DNA from: Monocercomonoides exilis PA203
Taxonomy: Eukaryota > Protista > Preaxostyla
Direction of reading: 5' to 3'
Assembly (NCBI GenBank): GCA_001643675.2
Contig: LSRY02000059.1
Coordinates: 186,001 to 250,000 of the forward strand
Length of the DNA stretch: 64,000 bases
Positions 61,600-64,000 of this stretch are shown piece by piece. Made by a program: the position numbers and the translations under genes. Below the pieces are notes generated by a model. It did not search any database and had not been told where the DNA came from. It saw only the letters and a program-made list of their open reading frames with translations. The stretch's first letter is position 1; each line of letters opens with the position of its first letter.

Positions 61600-64000
61600 C
61601 CGATTCCTTCAGAGAATCTTATGAAGAAGAGAAAAAATTGAAGCAAACATGATGGTGAAGAATTGTTCTTGACTAATAACTCAGACAATACTCCAAGTCT
61701 GCAAATGCTAGCATAGCGATGCATGAATGAATATCTGCTCTCACTGATTCTTCAGAAAAAAATGAGTTTGATGTTTATTGATGCAACATTGCGAACTCAC
61801 AACCTGTAACTTTTATCATGAATGTTGCCTGTTCGATTTGATTTTTATGAAAATGAAGAGAAAGAGAAGGAAAAGAAGTTAGGAGTGAAATGAAAAGAGA
61901 AAAATGTGATGGAAGATAAAAATAAACGCAAAGGGAAAAATGACTGTCTTAATGGACCTTGAAAAGAATTCAAGAGATGAGAACTTCAAATAAGCAATGA
62001 GCAGATTTCATTTATAAAGCACTTAGTTGAAGAGGACCTTCAATGTTATCATCTCCTAAAAGTTCAGATGGACTTGAAGCAAGCAATGATGGATAATCTT
62101 TAATAATTGTATTTATTCCTCATCTTCCTTCCTTTATTTTTCTTCTTCTTCTTCTCCTTCTCCTTCATTTGCTTCACCTGCCTTTCCTTCTCTTCCATCT
62201 CCTTTGAATATGCTGCCGTTCATCACCGAATCCAAAACACACACATGTTTGTCTGAGCATCTGCTGTTTCTACCAACTTCTCCTCTGCACAACACAGACT
62301 CTCCCAATCGCCATCAGCATAGGAACTGCAAAAATACCTCCCACTTCACATTCGTCCCACAAAGTTACCATTGCGATCGAGAGGCTCAATCATCATCAGC
62401 ATTAACTTCTGTATCTTCTTCTTCTTCCACTTCCCCTTCCTCTTCCACTTCCACTTCCAGTTCTTCTATCTCTTCTTCATTATCTCTTCCCTCCGTCTTC
62501 TCTTTAACGACTTGCCATCGGCTGGAGCAGCGGCTGTAAGTTGCTCATAAGCACTTGTCTCTCATCACATTACGCAACCATTTCTCCATCGCGCACAGAA
62601 TCTACAGATGGATAAATTCCCACTTCGGAGGAATTCCTTGGAATTAGCGAGAGTCAATTTCCAGGAATTTCGGAGAAAAAGAAGAGAGAAGGAAAATGAG
62701 GAGAAAAAAGTGGTAAACCTCTCGATAAAGTGATAGAGTTCTTTTATTCTTCTGTCTTTTTGAAATATCATATGTTAAACTAGTTTCTTTTCAGTTCAAT
62801 TTTGAACTAATTGGAGGAGGAAAATATGACACGATTGTTAAAAGGGGGAAACAGTAGTTATTCTGCTTGATAACGATGACGAGAAAGAAGAGGAAGAAGC
62901 AAGACATAATGGTGATGGAGATAATGATGAGAGAAAAGAGGAAGAGAAGAAAGAAATGAAGAATAGGAGAAGGAAGAGGAAGAAGATGAGGAAGAGGAGG
63001 ATGAAGAAGAAATATCAGAAGAAGAAGGAGAAGAGATGTCTGACTGGGAGCTGCTGGAAGATGTGAGCACGTTTGAAACATCATCACACTCCGAAACATT
63101 CGAAATGGTTTATATGAAGCAATGCAAATAGTCTGATAAACACACAACAACTCCAACATCTGCATCTACATCAATAGCAGCAGCAGCAACAAACTCAACA
63201 TCAACTGCTTTTGCTGCAGCTTCTGCTTCTGCTTCTGTTTCTGCAGCAACAGCTGCAGCTCCAACCGCCTCCGACTCCATTCCCGACAAGGCTGTTCATT
63301 CCACATTTCCTTCACCAACTTTCTCTCCCTTGTCTCTTTATCCTTCTTCTGTTTCTCCAATCTCTCCGTTAAAATACTCTGCTAAATCCACTATTTCCGG
63401 CATGTCTTCTGATAAGTCAATCTCTTTCCCTTCCCCTTCCCCTTCTGCTTCTGCTTCCTTTATCTCTGTCTCATCTTCCACTCCTCGCTCTGATTTGGAG
63501 CTATGTGCAGCACTGCCCCTCTTCTTGCCCTCTCCCACACAGTCACTTTCATTTTCACTGCCAATTTCTCTGCTTCCTCCTTTCATGCTGCCTTTCCTGC
63601 CTTCTTCTTTTTCCGTTTTACAGCCAGCAAGTTCTCTGTCTTCGTCGCTTCTTCCCCTCGCCATCCTAACACATTCTGCTCTATCTTCTTCTTTTGCTTC
63701 TTCCGTCTCTTCAACAGACAGCACAATCAGAAAAGGATTTACCAAAACTGTCACATTTGGAGAATCTCTTCCTCACATCGAAGGATCGCCTTCCTCTCTT
63801 GTGCCATCCACTGACAGCTCCAAGCCTTCTTCATCCACTTCTTTTCCTCTTCCTTCTCCACCTTCTTCGTTTCCCTCCCACGGAACATACGAAGGCGCCT
63901 CAGTCGCTTCCTCCTCTTTCCTCAGGGAATCTCCTCGTCCTCTGCTATGCCCAGGCAAAAAATCTCTCTTGTCATCTTTTCTCCGCTTCATCAAAAAGGT
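61600..64000 (+). pseudogene. Degenerate low-complexity gene, running off the window
   Basis: The + frame 63132-64000 is open (Ser/Pro/Ala-rich). The same frame upstream is Glu-rich but has TAG at 62964 and 63129; further stop-broken coding-like fragments lie at 61600-62540. Confidence 0.5.

Noticed and set aside
63166-63994. Minus-strand Glu/Gly-rich ORFs joined across a TGA (possible readthrough or selenocysteine)
   Set aside because: Better explained as the antisense shadow of the uninterrupted + strand Ser/Pro-rich frame.
1-64000. TAA/TAG-to-Gln alternative genetic code, as in some oxymonads and diplomonads
   Set aside because: Conserved genes end properly at TAA/TAG (TOR, serC, DUF2009, CCT7), and 17 kb of TOR has no in-frame TAR.
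1-64000. tRNA, rRNA, CRISPR arrays, telomeric repeats
   Set aside because: None recognised by eye; small ncRNAs cannot be excluded without covariance-model searches.

Overview
Gene-dense eukaryotic (protist) DNA. Intergenic regions are AT-rich, spliceosomal introns are short (GTTTG/GTATG...YAG), the genetic code is standard, and many proteins carry Ser/Glu-rich insertions. The overall style suggests an anaerobic oxymonad/metamonad such as Monocercomonoides (inference). Genes in order: 5'-truncated membrane protein with a C-terminal hemerythrin-like domain; GILT thiol reductase; B-box+DUF2009 protein; divergent importin-alpha-like ARM protein; EF-hand-like protein; HID1; CCT7; a small hypothetical; HMG-HMG-DEK_C protein; His/Cys-rich disordered protein; a giant (~5,935 aa) TOR kinase; AP-4 epsilon; a Ras-like GTPase-PH fusion; intronless phosphoserine aminotransferase; and a degenerate gene at the right edge. 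Non-genic features are a 2.8 kb hAT-type element (15-bp TIRs, 8-bp TSD) containing a decayed host-gene fragment, and a 96-bp-arm foldback inverted repeat. The most interesting candidates are the membrane-anchored hemerythrin sensor, the Pack-type hAT element, the GTPase-PH fusion lying head-to-head with AP-4 epsilon (51 bp apart), and the giant TOR with a rapamycin-resistance-type FRB. All calls come from reading motifs by eye, with no database searches; exon models are manual.
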